From Octopus bimaculoides (taxonomy: Eukaryota): DNA of 52,128 bases. Both the position numbers and the translations under genes were made by a program. The stretch covers positions 127,665,571 through 127,717,698 of the forward strand of contig NC_068982.1 of NCBI RefSeq assembly GCF_001194135.2, written 5' to 3'. Below the pieces are notes generated by a model. It saw only the letters and a list, made by a program, of their open reading frames with translations. It was not told where the DNA came from and searched no databases. This document shows, in pieces, positions 25,590 to 39,099 of this stretch (the stretch's first letter is position 1; the number at the start of each line of letters is the position of its first letter).

Positions 25590-26904
25590 ATAGGATTGGT
25601 TTCTTTTTGGGAAAGGATGCATAGTTGTGTATTTCTCTGATAATAAAGAGGTTTTGAGCAGCGTGGTTAGGAAGGAGTTAATACTGAGTTGCATAGTTTG
25701 AGTTGATCACTGAAATGCTGCTTGGTTACACAAGAACCTAACAACCTCAAGTAAGTATCAGAAACTCAGTAACGGAGTTTGGTAGACAGAATTTGAAAGA
25801 AGCCCATTATATGTGTGTGTGCATGACTTTGTGTTTCTTTTGCCCCCATCGCTGTTTGATAACCAGTGTTTGCATTTACATCCCTGTAACTTAGCAGGTT
25901 GGCAAAATAGACCAAAATACACTGGGCTTAAAAAATGTATTGGTGTCAATTTATTTCACTAAAGTTTCCTGAAGGTGGTGCCCAAGAATGGCTGCAATCT
26001 AATGACTGAAACAAGTAAAAGTGAGAAGAGACATAAAAGATATATATATGTATANNNNNNNNNNNNNNNNNNNNNNNNNNNNNNNNNNNNNNNNNNNNNN
26101 NNNNNNNNNNNNNNNNNNNNNNNNNNNNNNNNNNNNNNNNNNNNNNNNNNNNNNNNNNNNNNNNNNNNNNNNNNNNNNNNNNNNNNNNNNNNNNNNNNNN
26201 NNNNNNNNNNNNNNNNNNNNNNNNNNNNNNNNNNNNNNNNNNNNNNNNNNNNNNNNNNNNNNNNNNNNNNNNNNNNNNNNNNNNNNNNNNNNNNNNNNNN
26301 NNNNNNNNNNNNNNNNNNNNNNNNNNNNNNNNNNNNNNNNNNNNNNNNNNNNNNNNNNNNNNNNNNNNNNNNNNNNNNNNNNNNNNNNNNNNNNNNNNNN
26401 NNNNNNNNNNNNNNNNNNNNNNNNNNNNNNNNNNNNNNNNNNNNNNNNNNNNNNNNNNNNNNNNNNNNNNNNNNNNNNNNNNNNNNNNNNNNNNNNNNNN
26501 NNNNNNNNNNNNNNNNNNNNNNNNNNNNNNNNNNNNNNNNNNNNNNNNNNNNNNNNNNNNNNNNNNNNNNNNNNNNNNNNNNNNNNNNNNNNNNNNNNNN
26601 NNNNNNNNNNNNNNNNNNNNNNNNNNNNNNNNNNNNNNNNNNNNNNNNNNNNNNNNNNNNNNNNNNNNNNNNNNNNNNNNNNNNNNNNNNNNNNNNNNNN
26701 NNNNNNNNNNNNNNNNNNNNNNNNNNNNNNNNNNNNNNNNNNNNNNNNNNNNNNNNNNNNNNNNNNNNNNNNNNNNNNNNNNNNNNNNNNNNNNNNNNNN
26801 NNNNNNNNNNNNNNNNNNNNNNNNNNNNNNNNNNNNNNNNNNNNNNNNNNNNNNNNNNNNNNNNNNNNNNNNNNNNNNNNNNNNNNNNNNNNNNNNNNNN
26901 NAAC

Positions 26905-27085
26905 ATAGCTTGACAACTGATGCTGGTGTGTTTACGTCCCCCGTAACTTAGCGGTTCGGCAAAAGAAACTGATAGAATAAGTACTAGGCTTACAAAGAAT
27001 AAGTCCTGGGGTCGATTTACTTGACTAAAGGCAGTGTTCCAGCATAGCCACAGTCAAATGACTGAAACAAGTAAAAGAGTGAAAA
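26905..27085 (+). mobile_element. Family B/D SINE 3' tail
   Basis: cttgacaactgatgctggtgtg...gaaacaagtaaaagag. A diverged tail also lies at 25770-26040. Confidence 0.8.
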
Positions 27086-27087
27086 GA

Positions 27088-27125
<38 letters not shown>

Positions 27126-27545
27126 TTGGGTGTGAATCTGGAGGGTGAGAGGAATTTATTTAAGGCACATATAATAAAATAAATATCACATCCTAAATTA
27201 AGTATTAAAGTTTTATCCTTCATAAATAAGACTTTTGCAGCACTGTTATATTTATGTACAAATAAATATTTTAAAAATCAACCCCATATTTATATATATT
27301 TCTGCATACATACCTTTAAGTTAACAACCCTAAGGAATAGATAATTTTAACTCCAGTATTTCTTCTATAGTATGAAGGTATTTATGTTCCTTCAGCCTCT
27401 AAAACATGTATTCAAATCTAATAGGTTTTATTTCAATTCTCCACAGCCAACATCGCCTTGTCAATTAATTCCGGCATGTTCTTTTCTTGAGATTAATAAT
27501 ATGCATCAACACACAAATCTGAGATAGAGGCCAGTCCAGAACCTG

Positions 27546-27594
<49 letters not shown>

Positions 27595-27622
27595 CGTGTA
27601 CATATTTACATATATATACATG

Positions 27623-27674
<52 letters not shown>

Positions 27675-27770
27675 GTATATATATATATATATATGTTGTG
27701 TATATATATATATTTACATATACGTACACATGCATGCATACATACGTATTTACATATGTTCATACACATT

Positions 27771-27810
<40 letters not shown>

Positions 27811-28041
27811 CACACACACATACACATGCACACATCTCAGAAACAAANNNNNNNNNNACACACACACACACACACACATGCACACACACATACACATGCA
27901 CACATCTCAGAAACAAATGTATATAGTGTGACACAGTTTTACTACTAGAATTTTGGAAATGAAGAGTCAAAGAATCGGTGGACAATAAAACATAGGAATA
28001 TCGGAGATTAGATCTCATTATATATTCTGAGGTTCTCTTAC

Positions 28042-28052
28042 TTGAAAAGAAT
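28042..28052 (-). CDS. Candidate 11-nt microexon
   Basis: ttgtttgtctctttgatag|ATTCTTTTCAA|gtaaga. Confidence 0.3.
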
Positions 28053-28337
28053 CTATCAAAGAGACAAACAAATTAAAAATTTAATACATAGTATTCAGCC
28101 CTATGCAAAAGGTTTCCATGATATAAACAGGATGGCCTCCAAGGAAGAGGATTTAAGAACATTTGAAGCTATTATCAGATAGGAAATAATTAGATAAGAG
28201 ATAGCAGATCATACAAAGTAAAAGGGAAAAATTATATGAAACTACTGGTTGAGATTTTTTTCCATTTTAAATACACAACTAATGTAAATATTTATGTGAA
28301 TGTGCATGTGTATTTTTGTGTCCTTGTTTGTTTACAG

Positions 28338-28366
28338 TTATGTCCGTTATGCTAAAGAAAATGAAG
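28338..28366 (+). CDS. Candidate 29-nt exon (plus strand)
   Basis: ccttgtttgtttacag|TTATG...GAAG|gtaaaa; two frames open. Confidence 0.3.
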
Positions 28367-28502
28367 GTAAAAGATTGCCGTTGAGTGGGAGAAAAAATAG
28401 GAATAAATAAATTTAAGTAGTGGACTGAAATCAGTATTCTGGTCGATGTGATCGACAAATATCTTCAATGACTGGTATATGTATATGTGCGTGCGTGTTT
28501 GT

Positions 28503-28539
<37 letters not shown>

Positions 28540-29779
28540 NNNNNNNNNNNNNNNNNNNNNNNNNNNNNNNNNNNNNNNNNNNNNNNNNNNNNNNNNNNNN
28601 NNNNNNNNNNNNNNNNNNNNNNNNNNNNNNNNNNNNNNNNNNNNNNNNNNNNNNNNNNNNNNNNNNNNNNNNNNNNNNNNNNNNNATATATGTATATATA
28701 TATATATACATATATATATATAGGTATGTTGACGCAAACAGGAAAAATAGAACTCAAAATATGAGTCAATGTATATTTTTGTTAATATTTAGCAGAAGTT
28801 TGATAAGTGCCAATGCACAAAACTCTTAAACCTTCAGTCACTCTGTTACTGCTGCAAAATAGTAATATATATATATACACACACATGCACTCACACGCAC
28901 ACACAAACACACACACACACACACACACAAACACACACATTGAGAGAGACACGGAGAGAGATCCAGTGCAATCCTTCATTACTCAAGCTTCTTGGTGACT
29001 GTGGGAGAGTTGTTGACAGATATGAATTATGGTAAGGGATGTATAGTGTAGTCAGATCCAACTTAATACTCTTTACATTGGTGTAATGATACAACAAATT
29101 GGAGGTCGAGTGAGGGATAGAGAAAAGGGCTTATCACATAGCCAGGAATGGCAGCAGACAGACATTTAACAGGTACAGAATAGGTGAAAAACGCAGATAT
29201 TGACATATACATATATATTTTACATACCTCTCCATCTTTGTCCTTATATTAGCATATGTCTTTCCATGTTTACTCAGCTGCTTGTGTGTTCTTTTGCATC
29301 ACTTATTACCAATCATCATAATTTTTTGTTATCCTCTTCAAAAAATATATCTCAATATCAGCCACTTAAAACCATGTATATATGGGTTCGCTTCTTTCAA
29401 ACATCCCAATCACTTTCAGTGCAATTTACTTCTTTATGCACATCATAGGCCTGTATTAGCAGTCTTTTCTCTTGTATACTACATGTGATTCCCCCTTAAC
29501 CCTTTCATTACTGTATTTATTTTGAGATGCTCTGTGCTTCTTTCAATTATCTTAAATATAACAAAGAATTTAGTAAAATAACTTAGTTATCATTAAGCTA
29601 GTGTTAGGAACATAAATTGTGACTAAGGTTTGGTGGAAAATTTTAATTCAAAACTTATGAAAACAAGACATTTGTACTACTGAGTCAGAGCCAGTTTCCT
29701 CTCAGCTCATTTGTACTCCATCATTCATGTGCACCAACATTACAGATCCACTGAAGCTTACTCATTTTATTTCTTGCTA

Positions 29780-29939
29780 GTCTTTCGCATGGCTGTGTAG
29801 TAAGAAGTTCGCTTCCCAACCATATAATTCCTAGTTAGGTCCTGCTGTGTGGCACCTTGGGTAAATGTCTTCAACTACAACTTTGGGCTAATCAAAGCCT
29901 TGTAAGTGGATTTGGTAGAAAGAAATTGAAAGAAGCCAG

Positions 29940-29991
<52 letters not shown>

Positions 29992-30340
29992 ATGTCCATG
30001 GTGATAATCTAATCAATAGAACTAAGTCTCAATATTAAAAAATGCCACTTGAATCCCCTTAGTGAAATTACTCTAAATAACATGAAAAGGAACATGTTCT
30101 GGATAACATACATATATATGCATGTGTGTGTTTGTTATTTGTGTCTGTGTTTGTCCCCCCCCCCCATCGCTTGACAACCGATGTTAGTGTGTTTACTTAG
30201 CAGTTCGGCAAAAGAGACCGATAGAATAAGTACTAGGCTTACAAAAGAATAAGTCCTGGGGTCGATTTGTTCGACTTAAGGCGGTGCTCCAGCATGGCCG
30301 CAGTCAAATGACTGAAACAAGTAAAAGAATAAAAGAATAA
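29780..30340 (+). mobile_element. Family B/D SINE with an expanded internal (GT)n region
   Basis: B head at 29780-29940, D tail at 30130-30340. Confidence 0.7.
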
Positions 30341-31558
30341 CGCATATTAGTAACTTGTTGCTTTAATATCAAATTAAGAAGAGGATTAATATTTAGTTAC
30401 TTCACAGGAGTTTCTTAACAAACATTTGGTCTTTATGAGTTTTGGATCGTTCATTTTTCATTACTTTACATCTTAATTCTTTTCCATTACCCTATTCCTA
30501 AACAAAAAAAAATGTGCATAAAAGTATGTATTTAGAAGCTTAAAATGACATCTTAAGTATTTTCTTATAACCATTTCCTTCAATTTCTATAGTTAGTATT
30601 TTTTTCTTTTCATCTTTTATTGATTTAAGTTATTGGACTGCAGTTATACTGGAACATGACCTTGAAGGGGTTTAGTTTTTTTCTTTGTAGTCAAGCATAT
30701 CAACCCAAGTACTTATTTATAAGTCTGGAACTTATTATGTTGGTTCCTTTCGCTGAACTGCTAAGTTGCAAGAACATAGAAAAACCAACACTGGTTGTCA
30801 AAGCACACAGACACACACACACACACATATGACAAGTTTCCACACAATTTCTACATACCAAATTTACTCTGAAGGCATTGATTAACCCAAGGCTATAGTA
30901 GAAGACATTTCACCAAGATGTCACCCTTGGTCTGTAAACTGACATAACTTACTATAACAAACTTATACTTCCTCAAAATCTAATCATTAAAAAGATAACA
31001 AACCTCAACTCGTCTTAGACCAATACTATTTTGTTCAAGAAGATAAAATACATTAGCGATTAACAACCATTCAAAATACCAAAATCTCTAGCCAGATCCA
31101 AATATTATAATGTTAACTATAAAACCATAATGAAAAATAATATCACAAGATAATAATTACATAGAATACTATACAGTCCAGTTCCTGGTAAAGAAAGAAG
31201 ATTATATAATTGGTTGTTACTATCAGGGAAATTATTTCTGATAAATTTATAGTTATCATTTTTTTTTTTTTGTACATTTAAAGTTTATGTTTTCATCTTG
31301 AATAAAATGTTTGGCTCCATAACAATGTTGAATAAAGGTCAAAAAGTAGCAGATTATGAGGAATAACAAAATGAAAAATAAAATAATATTATAAAAAATA
31401 AAACATGATGAAAATTCTTGAAGTAGCAATTAAACAAAATATTTCTTTGATGTCACATAAGAAATTCTATGATTTGGTATTGTAGCTTTTATGTTTAAGA
31501 TAACTTCTTATAACTGCTTGCTCTCCAAACAATAACTAGTTTATTGTATATACTTCAG

Positions 31559-31625
31559 ACTGGAAAGATCGTAATATATAATCACAACAAAGTTCTTGAG
31601 GAATTTATTGCAGCAAGACAAAAAA
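31559..31625 (+). CDS. Candidate 67-nt exon (plus strand)
   Basis: tatatacttcag|...AAAA|gtgatt, frame TGKIVIYNHNKVLEEFIAARQK. Confidence 0.3.
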
Positions 31626-32970
31626 GTGATTATGTTTTGTTTTCATATCATAATTTATTTCTTCTTATGTTTTAATCAGGAATGAAAAGTAGTGCCCATG
31701 GCCCTTTAAAGGGTCTCTGAGACATTTGAAAGTGAGGAAGGTGTCCTTAAACCAGAGTCCTGACCAGGTGGTGGATTAAATCTATCATTTAAGTAGGAAT
31801 TGACAGAATTTGAACTCAGTTCTCAAAGAGCCAAAGCAAATATTTCAATGCTTCTTATTCGATACCCTAGCAATTCTGCCAGTTCACTGTCATAGACTGG
31901 ACCTATATTCTCTGGCCCCGTCAAAAGATGAAAAGAAAATTTGAACACAGCAGGATTTGAACTCAGATCACAGAATTTTACTTAACAAATGACTTAATCC
32001 AAAATTACATGTAAACCTAAATGCAAATAAAACAGTTTTTATTCCCCAACCAAAAGACAGAATTAAGTGTCATATTCAGTAAAACAATAGAATTCCATGA
32101 GTTGGATTAGAACTTATAACTCAAAGTTTGTCAGTCATCTGATATCTTAATTTTTTTATGTATTTCTCAGCAACAGATATATTTGAAATTTTGTTGAAAA
32201 TGTTATTGTGCTAGTTATCCTGGCACAGGATAGAGAAATAGGTGGATCATCAAAAGAATATATCTTGAGATATTTGATTATGTTTTTCTTTCATGTTTTG
32301 AACACAATTATCCAAGTCTTTCTTTCTTACAGAGACAATAAAATAAAATAAAAGTCGAGTACTTAGGACAAGGTAACATCTCTACTCTTAAAAGCAGTAC
32401 TTCTGCCACTTCACATGACCACATGGCCTAATGAGATCAGTAAAAGAATTTTTTAAATAAAGGAATCCTTCTGAAGACAAAATTCTTCATCTTTTCATCT
32501 TAATGCTGGATGTTTTTCTTCTATATTGGAGATAATTTTTCTCAACTTTCCAAGATAATCAGTTACTATGGAAGAATAAACAACGTTGTCACAATGAAAA
32601 GCATTATTCTTGGAAGTGAAATGATATGGGGACAACCCAATGGGGAACTGAAAGCAGATTATGAACTTTCCTGTATTGGAATCTTTTCTCAGTGCTTGAT
32701 TGAGGACCAGTATAATTTCTTTCCAGCACTGTCTTAAGACATAGGTACACTGGATAGTCGCTCAGTTCCCACACAAGTACAAGGGTCCAATTCTAGTTAC
32801 TGTATGCTGTGGTTTACTGCCAATAAATAAATACTAAAAAGTCCAGTAGAATGATTTGTTCATGACCCTTAAATGCTGCACAGTTGGCTCTATTTTTCTC
32901 ACTTGGCAAAATGAAAGTTTAATACTCAAAATCTCTGATATACTAACATGTTACTCTTAACTTCAATTAG

Positions 32971-33013
32971 GAGCTCAAAATTCAAATTCATTATCCAATA
33001 TAATATTTTCAAG
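32971..33013 (+). CDS. Candidate 43-nt exon (plus strand)
   Basis: TACTAAC at 32941-32947, cttaacttcaattag|...CAAG|gtaggc. Confidence 0.35.
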
Positions 33014-33409
33014 GTAGGCACATATAAAAATACTGGAAGAAAATACAAAAAAAAAATTCTATGAATGAGATTTTTAAAGAATTTCTGTAATTTACAGAGC
33101 AATGGCTTTTATTATGCTAGAATTCAAAAGTCAAATTTATTAACTATTTTATTAATTTTAATTATTGAAACATCAAAGCTTCAAATCAGATGCTTTAGAA
33201 TATTGTTGTTTATGTTGAAAATTTTGTAACGTTTCTTCGTTATTCCTTAAATGTTCTTGTCCTTAATGCATTTACTGGAAGTTACAAAGTTTCACCATTC
33301 TTATTTCAGTTTTTACAATTCAATTTCAAATTGAAAATGATTAAATTCTTAGTATATTGGAAGAATAGTCAGGAGTATCTAAATATATATGTATGTATCA
33401 TTTTGAGTG

Positions 33410-33622
33410 TGGCTGTTGCCAGTACCGCTTGACTGGCTTTCGTGCGGGTGACACGTAAAAGCACCCACTACACTCTCTGAGTGGTTGGCGTTAGGAAGGG
33501 CATCCAGCTGTAGAAACTCTGCCAAAACAGATTGGAGCCTGGTGTAGCCATCTGGTTTCACCAGTCCTCAGTCAAATCATCCAATCCATGCTAGCATGGA
33601 AAGCGGACGTTAAACGATGATG

Positions 33623-33628
<6 letters not shown>
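33410..33628 (+). mobile_element. RTE 3' UTR-type repeat (family A)
   Basis: Very similar to 30-246. Confidence 0.85.
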
Positions 33629-33659
<31 letters not shown>

Positions 33660-34017
33660 CNNNNNNNNNNNNNNNNNNNNNNNNNNNNNNNNNNNNNNNN
33701 NNNNNNNNNNNNNNNNNNNNNNNNNNNNNNNNNNNNNNNNNNNNNNNNNNNNNNNNNNNNNNNNNNNNNNNNNNNNNNNNNNNNNNNNNNNNNNNNNNNN
33801 NNNNNNNNNNNNNNNNNNNNNNNNNNNNNNNNNNNNNNNNNNNNNNNNNNNNNNNNNNNNNNNNNNNNNNNNNNNNNNNNNNNNNNNNNNNNNNNNNNNN
33901 NNNNNNNNNNNNNNNNNNNNNNNNNNNNNNNNNNNNNNNNNNNNNNNNNNNNNNNNNNNNNNNNNNNNNNNNNNNNNNNNNNNNNNNNNNNNNNNNNNNN
34001 NNNNNNNNNNNNNNNNC

Positions 34018-34143
34018 CCAAGACACACCAAGACAAACATCCCCTTCAACCTTGCAAGAAGGATATGCACAATAGTGTCAGAACAAAATACTAGAGACTT
34101 TAGACTACAAGAACTCAAAAACACACTAATTGACAGAGCATAC
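34018..34143 (+). mobile_element. Penelope-like RT C-terminal fragment
   Basis: PRHTKTNIPFNLARRICTIVSEQNTRDFRLQELKNTLIDRAY matches the PLE HP.h.k..ip.....R...i.s..........l...l..rgY thumb motif. Confidence 0.75.
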
Positions 34144-35215
34144 TAGCCTCATTCTTCTCTCATCTTCTCTCATCTTCTGCATTCAGGGTTCACATCTCTC
34201 TACCATGTAGAATTGCTGTCCATATACATGCATCATACAATCTTCCTTTAACTCAGAGAGAAAGAAACTTTTCATGGCCAACAGAGACAACAGCTCTCTG
34301 AATTTCCTCCATCCTATTCTTATTCTAACTATCACACACTCTGTGCAACCTCCCCTATTACTAATTTGGTCCTCTAGGCTGTAGAAGTTATCCCTAAAGA
34401 ATCACCAGAGCTTTTGAGAGAATCAGTTTCCTGGGCCATTGTGGCTTTTATGGATTCTGTGCATCTTCCACATACGAACACTACTTTCTCTGACAACCTT
34501 CCTATTAATCCATTGCATTTCCAGTGTGACCCATAGCTTACACTGGGTCTACCATATTGATTCCTGTCTACACCTTTCCTACAAGTTGAGCAGGGCCACC
34601 TACTTGAGGGGGATGGTGTCCTGTCAGTTTTCTTACTTACTAGGACCTTAGTCTTTGCTAAGTTAACCTCAAGGCCCTTAGATTCTAGGTTTTGGTTCCA
34701 CACCTGGAATTTCTTTTCTAGTTCTGATATGGAATCTGCTATGAGGGCAAGATCATCAGCATATATTGGTTCCCAGGGGCTGCTGGTCTTGAATTCCTCT
34801 GTTATGACCTGACGGAGGGGACTAAGGACTGAGCCTTGATGAACCTCTACCTGTACATCAAATTCGTCGCTGTACTTGTGGTTAACTCTTACCTTACTGA
34901 CAGCATCTTTGTACATGGCCTGTATAGCTTTCACCAGCCACTCATCTATCCCTAACATCCTCAGAGCCCACTATATCACTCAGTGGAGCACTCTATCGAA
35001 GGTTTTCTCCAGATCAACAAATGCCAAGTATAATGTTTTATTCTTAGCTAAGTAATTCTCTTGCAGTTTCCTGAGTATGAAAATAGCATCAAATAGTGGT
35101 TCTTCTCCAGATGAAGCCAAAATGCATTTCATCAAGCCTAATTCTGCTCTTAATTAATTGAGCTATACCTTTCTTCATAGTTTTCATCATCACCCTTACC
35201 CTTGTAGTAGTTAAC
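34140..35215 (-). mobile_element. RTE-clade LINE reverse transcriptase pseudogene fragment
   Basis: Motifs YKGKGD, AFVDLEKTFDRV, VHQGSVLSP, YADDL, NLAKTK, a Cys-rich WPCSTCRKGV segment, then GRLYDAC...LHG; stops and frameshifts present. Confidence 0.92.
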
Positions 35216-35576
35216 AATTATACTGCAACAACAATAAATGGCATATACAGACACTATATACACACATATGCATACACCTGTGTGTGCATATAATATACAG
35301 ACACTCTACACACGTGTGTGTCGGAGGTGCATATGTGTTTGTGCCCTCTTGTCTAGACATCATGTTGTAAATGAGCATCATCATCATACAAGTGACATTA
35401 TTAGCTTTTAGTCTTCCATGAGAAACATATCTGGCCATGGGGAAATATTACTTTGCTTCAAGACAGATGAATTTTGGCAAATTTTTTAGAATATGTACCG
35501 CCAGCTGCTTCAGCAAATTCTGTCTGACCCATACAAGCATGAAAAACTAGACACTAAATAAGGATATGTATATGCA

Positions 35577-35612
<36 letters not shown>

Positions 35613-35914
35613 ATCATAAATATATAGGGATTGACAGTAACCTGCTTCTCCAACATACTAGTATGTTGGAGAAGCAGGTTACTGTATGTAAATATATATA
35701 TTAATAGTAATGGTAAGACAACAAAAGAATAAAAGAGACCTCGATATTATGTAAATAAATTCCTCTATTTATACATCATCATCACCATCATCATCATTTA
35801 GCAGCCAGTCAATTACGACAAAATAGTTTCTTCTCCATCAAAAATCATTAGGAGCTCGAAGTGAAGAATGATACCAATATCCTTTCTTTGCAATACATAA
35901 AAATAAGAAGTGTA

Positions 35915-36450
35915 TGAAAATGTTGAGAAGACCCGGCAAGTCAAATGAGACCTAAATCCAAGGCCTCTACCAGGATGCATACCTTCCTATGTTGGACACT
36001 AAACTCCGCTTGCGAAGACCTGTTAAGGCAAGTGAAATCGAACTAAATTCGACGGCTGGCACACATGCCAACGTCGTCTCCTTCATTGGACACGAAACTT
36101 GGCTTGCGAAGACCTGTTGAGGCAAGTGAAAGCGAAATCATGATGGCACTTGTGCTGGTGGCACGTGTAAAGACTGGACTGGCTCCTGTGCAGGTGGCAC
36201 ATAAAAGACACCATTTCGAGCATGGGCGTTGCCAATACTGCCTGACTGGCCTTCGTGCCGGTAGCATGTAAAAGCACCCATTACACTCTCTGAGTGGTTG
36301 GCGTTAGGAAGGGCATCCAGCTGTAGAAACTCTGCCAAATCAGATTGGAGCCTGGTGTAGCCACCTGGTTCACCAGTCCTCAGTCAAATCGTCCAACCCA
36401 TGCTAGCATGGAAAGCGGACGTTAAACAATGATGATGATGATGATGATTA
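35915..36450 (+). mobile_element. RTE 3' UTR-type repeat (family A)
   Basis: Starts at the end of the RTE ORF (ttgagaagacccggcaag) and ends with (GAT)n. Confidence 0.85.
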
Positions 36451-36779
36451 CATGGTCAAATACAATATGTTCCTATTGTGTGGGATGGGGACATGCCATT
36501 TGTCCTTAGCAGAGAAATAATGATACAATGGTTCTGGGTACATTTTCTAAAATGGTAAAATTATAGGAGAAAGGCAGAATAGGTTCTGAGATCACTCAGA
36601 ATAAAAACAGGAGAAAGATGATCCTTGTTCAAAGGAAAGCATTTGTTCTTATGTCTCTTGGATTATTGCTTTAAGTATGGCCCTCAAATGGGGCCAAACT
36701 TAATACTGAATTAAAATCGATTCAAAGCTTCAAGCTAAATGAATGTTTCAATGCAACTTCTGAACTTCTGGGAAATGCT

Positions 36780-37320
36780 ATTTCCTGGAATAAAGACTAT
36801 TTCTTGGAATAATGAAAGAAATGACATGCGGCAATCTACATCCTGACGGATTGGCACCAATCTTTGGTATTGAAAGAGATTTTTTTTCTCTTTCCATAAT
36901 TTAATCAAAATGAATACTCCATATATATATTGCTTTGAATATAATGACATTTCGGTTATAATATTTACTCTTAATATTTGTTAACAAAAGGGAGAGATAG
37001 ATATTCAGTAATATGCATCTAGAGGGATTGGCACTAACCATTGTCAATAAAAACTATAAAAGTACCCAAACTGGCTGTCATTGCACAGGGCTAGAAGTAA
37101 TGATTGTGCATTACAATAGCCTAGCTTTCAAAGGATCACAGTTATTAAATATTCTCCTTGAAAGTATAGGCAATATGTATGGAAAGGAAGTCAATACACT
37201 GAAGCTGCATCCAGATATTATGCTGTGTAAGATCTCAGAGGAACCTACATTGTGACAGGAAATGCAGATAAGGACAGTAACAGCAAAGTCCATCGTCCAC
37301 CAAATATCAAACACAATGCT
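36780..37320 (+). mobile_element. Degenerate CR1-group LINE C-terminal fragments (two partial copies)
   Basis: AAIYI..DGLAPIFGIE near 36830 and LEGL...HYNSLAFKGSQLLNILLESIGNMYG...ISEEPT at 37013-37255 resemble post-RT CR1-type motifs (G..LFN.LP..lR). Confidence 0.55.
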
Positions 37321-38054
37321 GCAATACAATTAAAAACAGCACTTTTGTATGGCAACAGTTATATACCTGGATCCAGTAAAAGAGTAAATACATATTCACA
37401 TACAGATGAATGGATGGATGGATGGATGGATGGAAGAAGGGAGGGCTTGATGGATAGATGAATGTACAGACAGATGGATAGACAGGTGGACATGGATGGA
37501 TAACCAGAGAGAGAGAGGGAGAGAGAAATAAGCTACATGTATGCATTATAAAAGTCTATAAACAGTTTGTAATTCAACTTAAATTTATTCTCTTTTTTTA
37601 CCTGATCAACAAGGAACCATATTTTTATCATTTTTTTTTATTACATGTTTCAAACTGTCAATGTATATTACTTTATACTTGTCTTCTTTTTTCAAGTCCT
37701 AATAAATTTAATATTATTAATGTAACTCTAATTAGTTTCTACTGATGAAACATAATCATATTGAAACAGTTTGTCTACAAATATTTTGAATAAATATTTT
37801 AATTGAAATCTAATTAAATAAAAGAAAAAAAGATGTAATTAAATTAAAGAGAAAAGAATTAAAATAAAATGTATTAAATTCCATTAATGAAGAAAAATAA
37901 TTAATGAAAGAAAAATAAATAAATCTCCAGCAAAATCTCTCTCCCTTGTAGAAACTAAACAACCAATAAAAATGAGCTTATGAGGTACGAACACTCACAG
38001 ACACACATATATATATATATATACAGACACACGTACCATATGCATAAATCCATA

Positions 38055-38515
38055 CATGACATGAGTGTGTGACTGAGAAATTTCCTTACAAACCACATAG
38101 CTTCAGGTTCAGTTCCACCGTGTAGCACCTTGGGCAAGTGTCTCCTACTCTACCCCAGGTTGACCAAAGTCTTGTGAGTGGATTTGGTTGGTAGAAACTG
38201 GCAGAAGACAGTCATGTGTGAGTGTGGCATGTGCATATGAGTGTGTGTGTGTGTGTGTGTGCATGTGTGTGTATGTGTGTGTGTGTGTGTGTGTTATCTT
38301 GTCTTGACATCACATAATAGTTGTAAATGGGTATCACTATCATGCCAGTGGTGTTGTTGTGGAAACATGTCTGGTCATGGGGAAACACTACCTTGCTCGG
38401 AGACAATTGAAGGTTGGTGACAGGAAGAGTATCCAATAGCAGAAAATCTGCTTCCATAAACTCCATGTAGCCCATGCAAGCATGGAAAGAAGCATGTTAA
38501 AATGATGATAATGAC
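38055..38515 (+). mobile_element. Family B-head SINE with RTE-like tail F
   Basis: Head, (GT)n, tail gcaagcatggaaagaagcatgttaaaatgatgat. Confidence 0.75.
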
Positions 38516-39099
38516 ATACATTTATTCATATAACATTCATATGTATGTATGTACATATATGTGTGTATGTATGTGTATATATATATGTATATATAATAAT
38601 ATAAATAATATATAAACATCTATATGTATACATACATGCATATATGGGTTCAGGACATCACAAAAAAACGTTAAACACAATGAGAAACGAAAACATAAAG
38701 ATGAAAACAGAAAACGAACTTTTTTCGAACAATGAAAACAGAAAAACGAGACATGAATCATAAAGAGCATAGCTCTTCGTCAGTTGTCCCTGTCCCATCT
38801 ACTCCGCGTTTTGAAGACAAGGACAATACGCGACTTCATTGGAACAGTCCTTCCCGCAAAGCAAATTAAATAAAATTTGGAATTTTTTGTGGAGGATGAA
38901 AGTGTTAACAAGAATAGGACAGTGAGAACATGACAGTAAAAACAAACATTGAGGGCTGTTAAGCCAAGACGATAGAAAAATTATTATGAATGCTTAAGAT
39001 AGACGTGCATGAGAGAAGAGACAGAAAAAATACGTCTTTTACACAGGATGGTCACTAGAAAAGCAGAAAATTTGAAGGCAAAACTAACAAGCATTAGTT

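Noticed and set aside
27800-27915. Tandem duplication around a 10-N gap
   Set aside because: Most likely overlapping contig ends (assembly artefact).
32333-32372. Exon candidate with strong acceptor and donor
   Set aside because: Stop codons in all three frames; could only be non-coding.
35877-35885. U12-type donor ATATCCTTT
   Set aside because: About one such 9-mer is expected by chance in this much AT-rich DNA, and no matching U12 branch or acceptor was found.
38740-38830. Second hammerhead (minus-strand CTGACGA in a probable repeat at 38640-39060)
   Set aside because: No GAAA follows stem II, so the core is incomplete.
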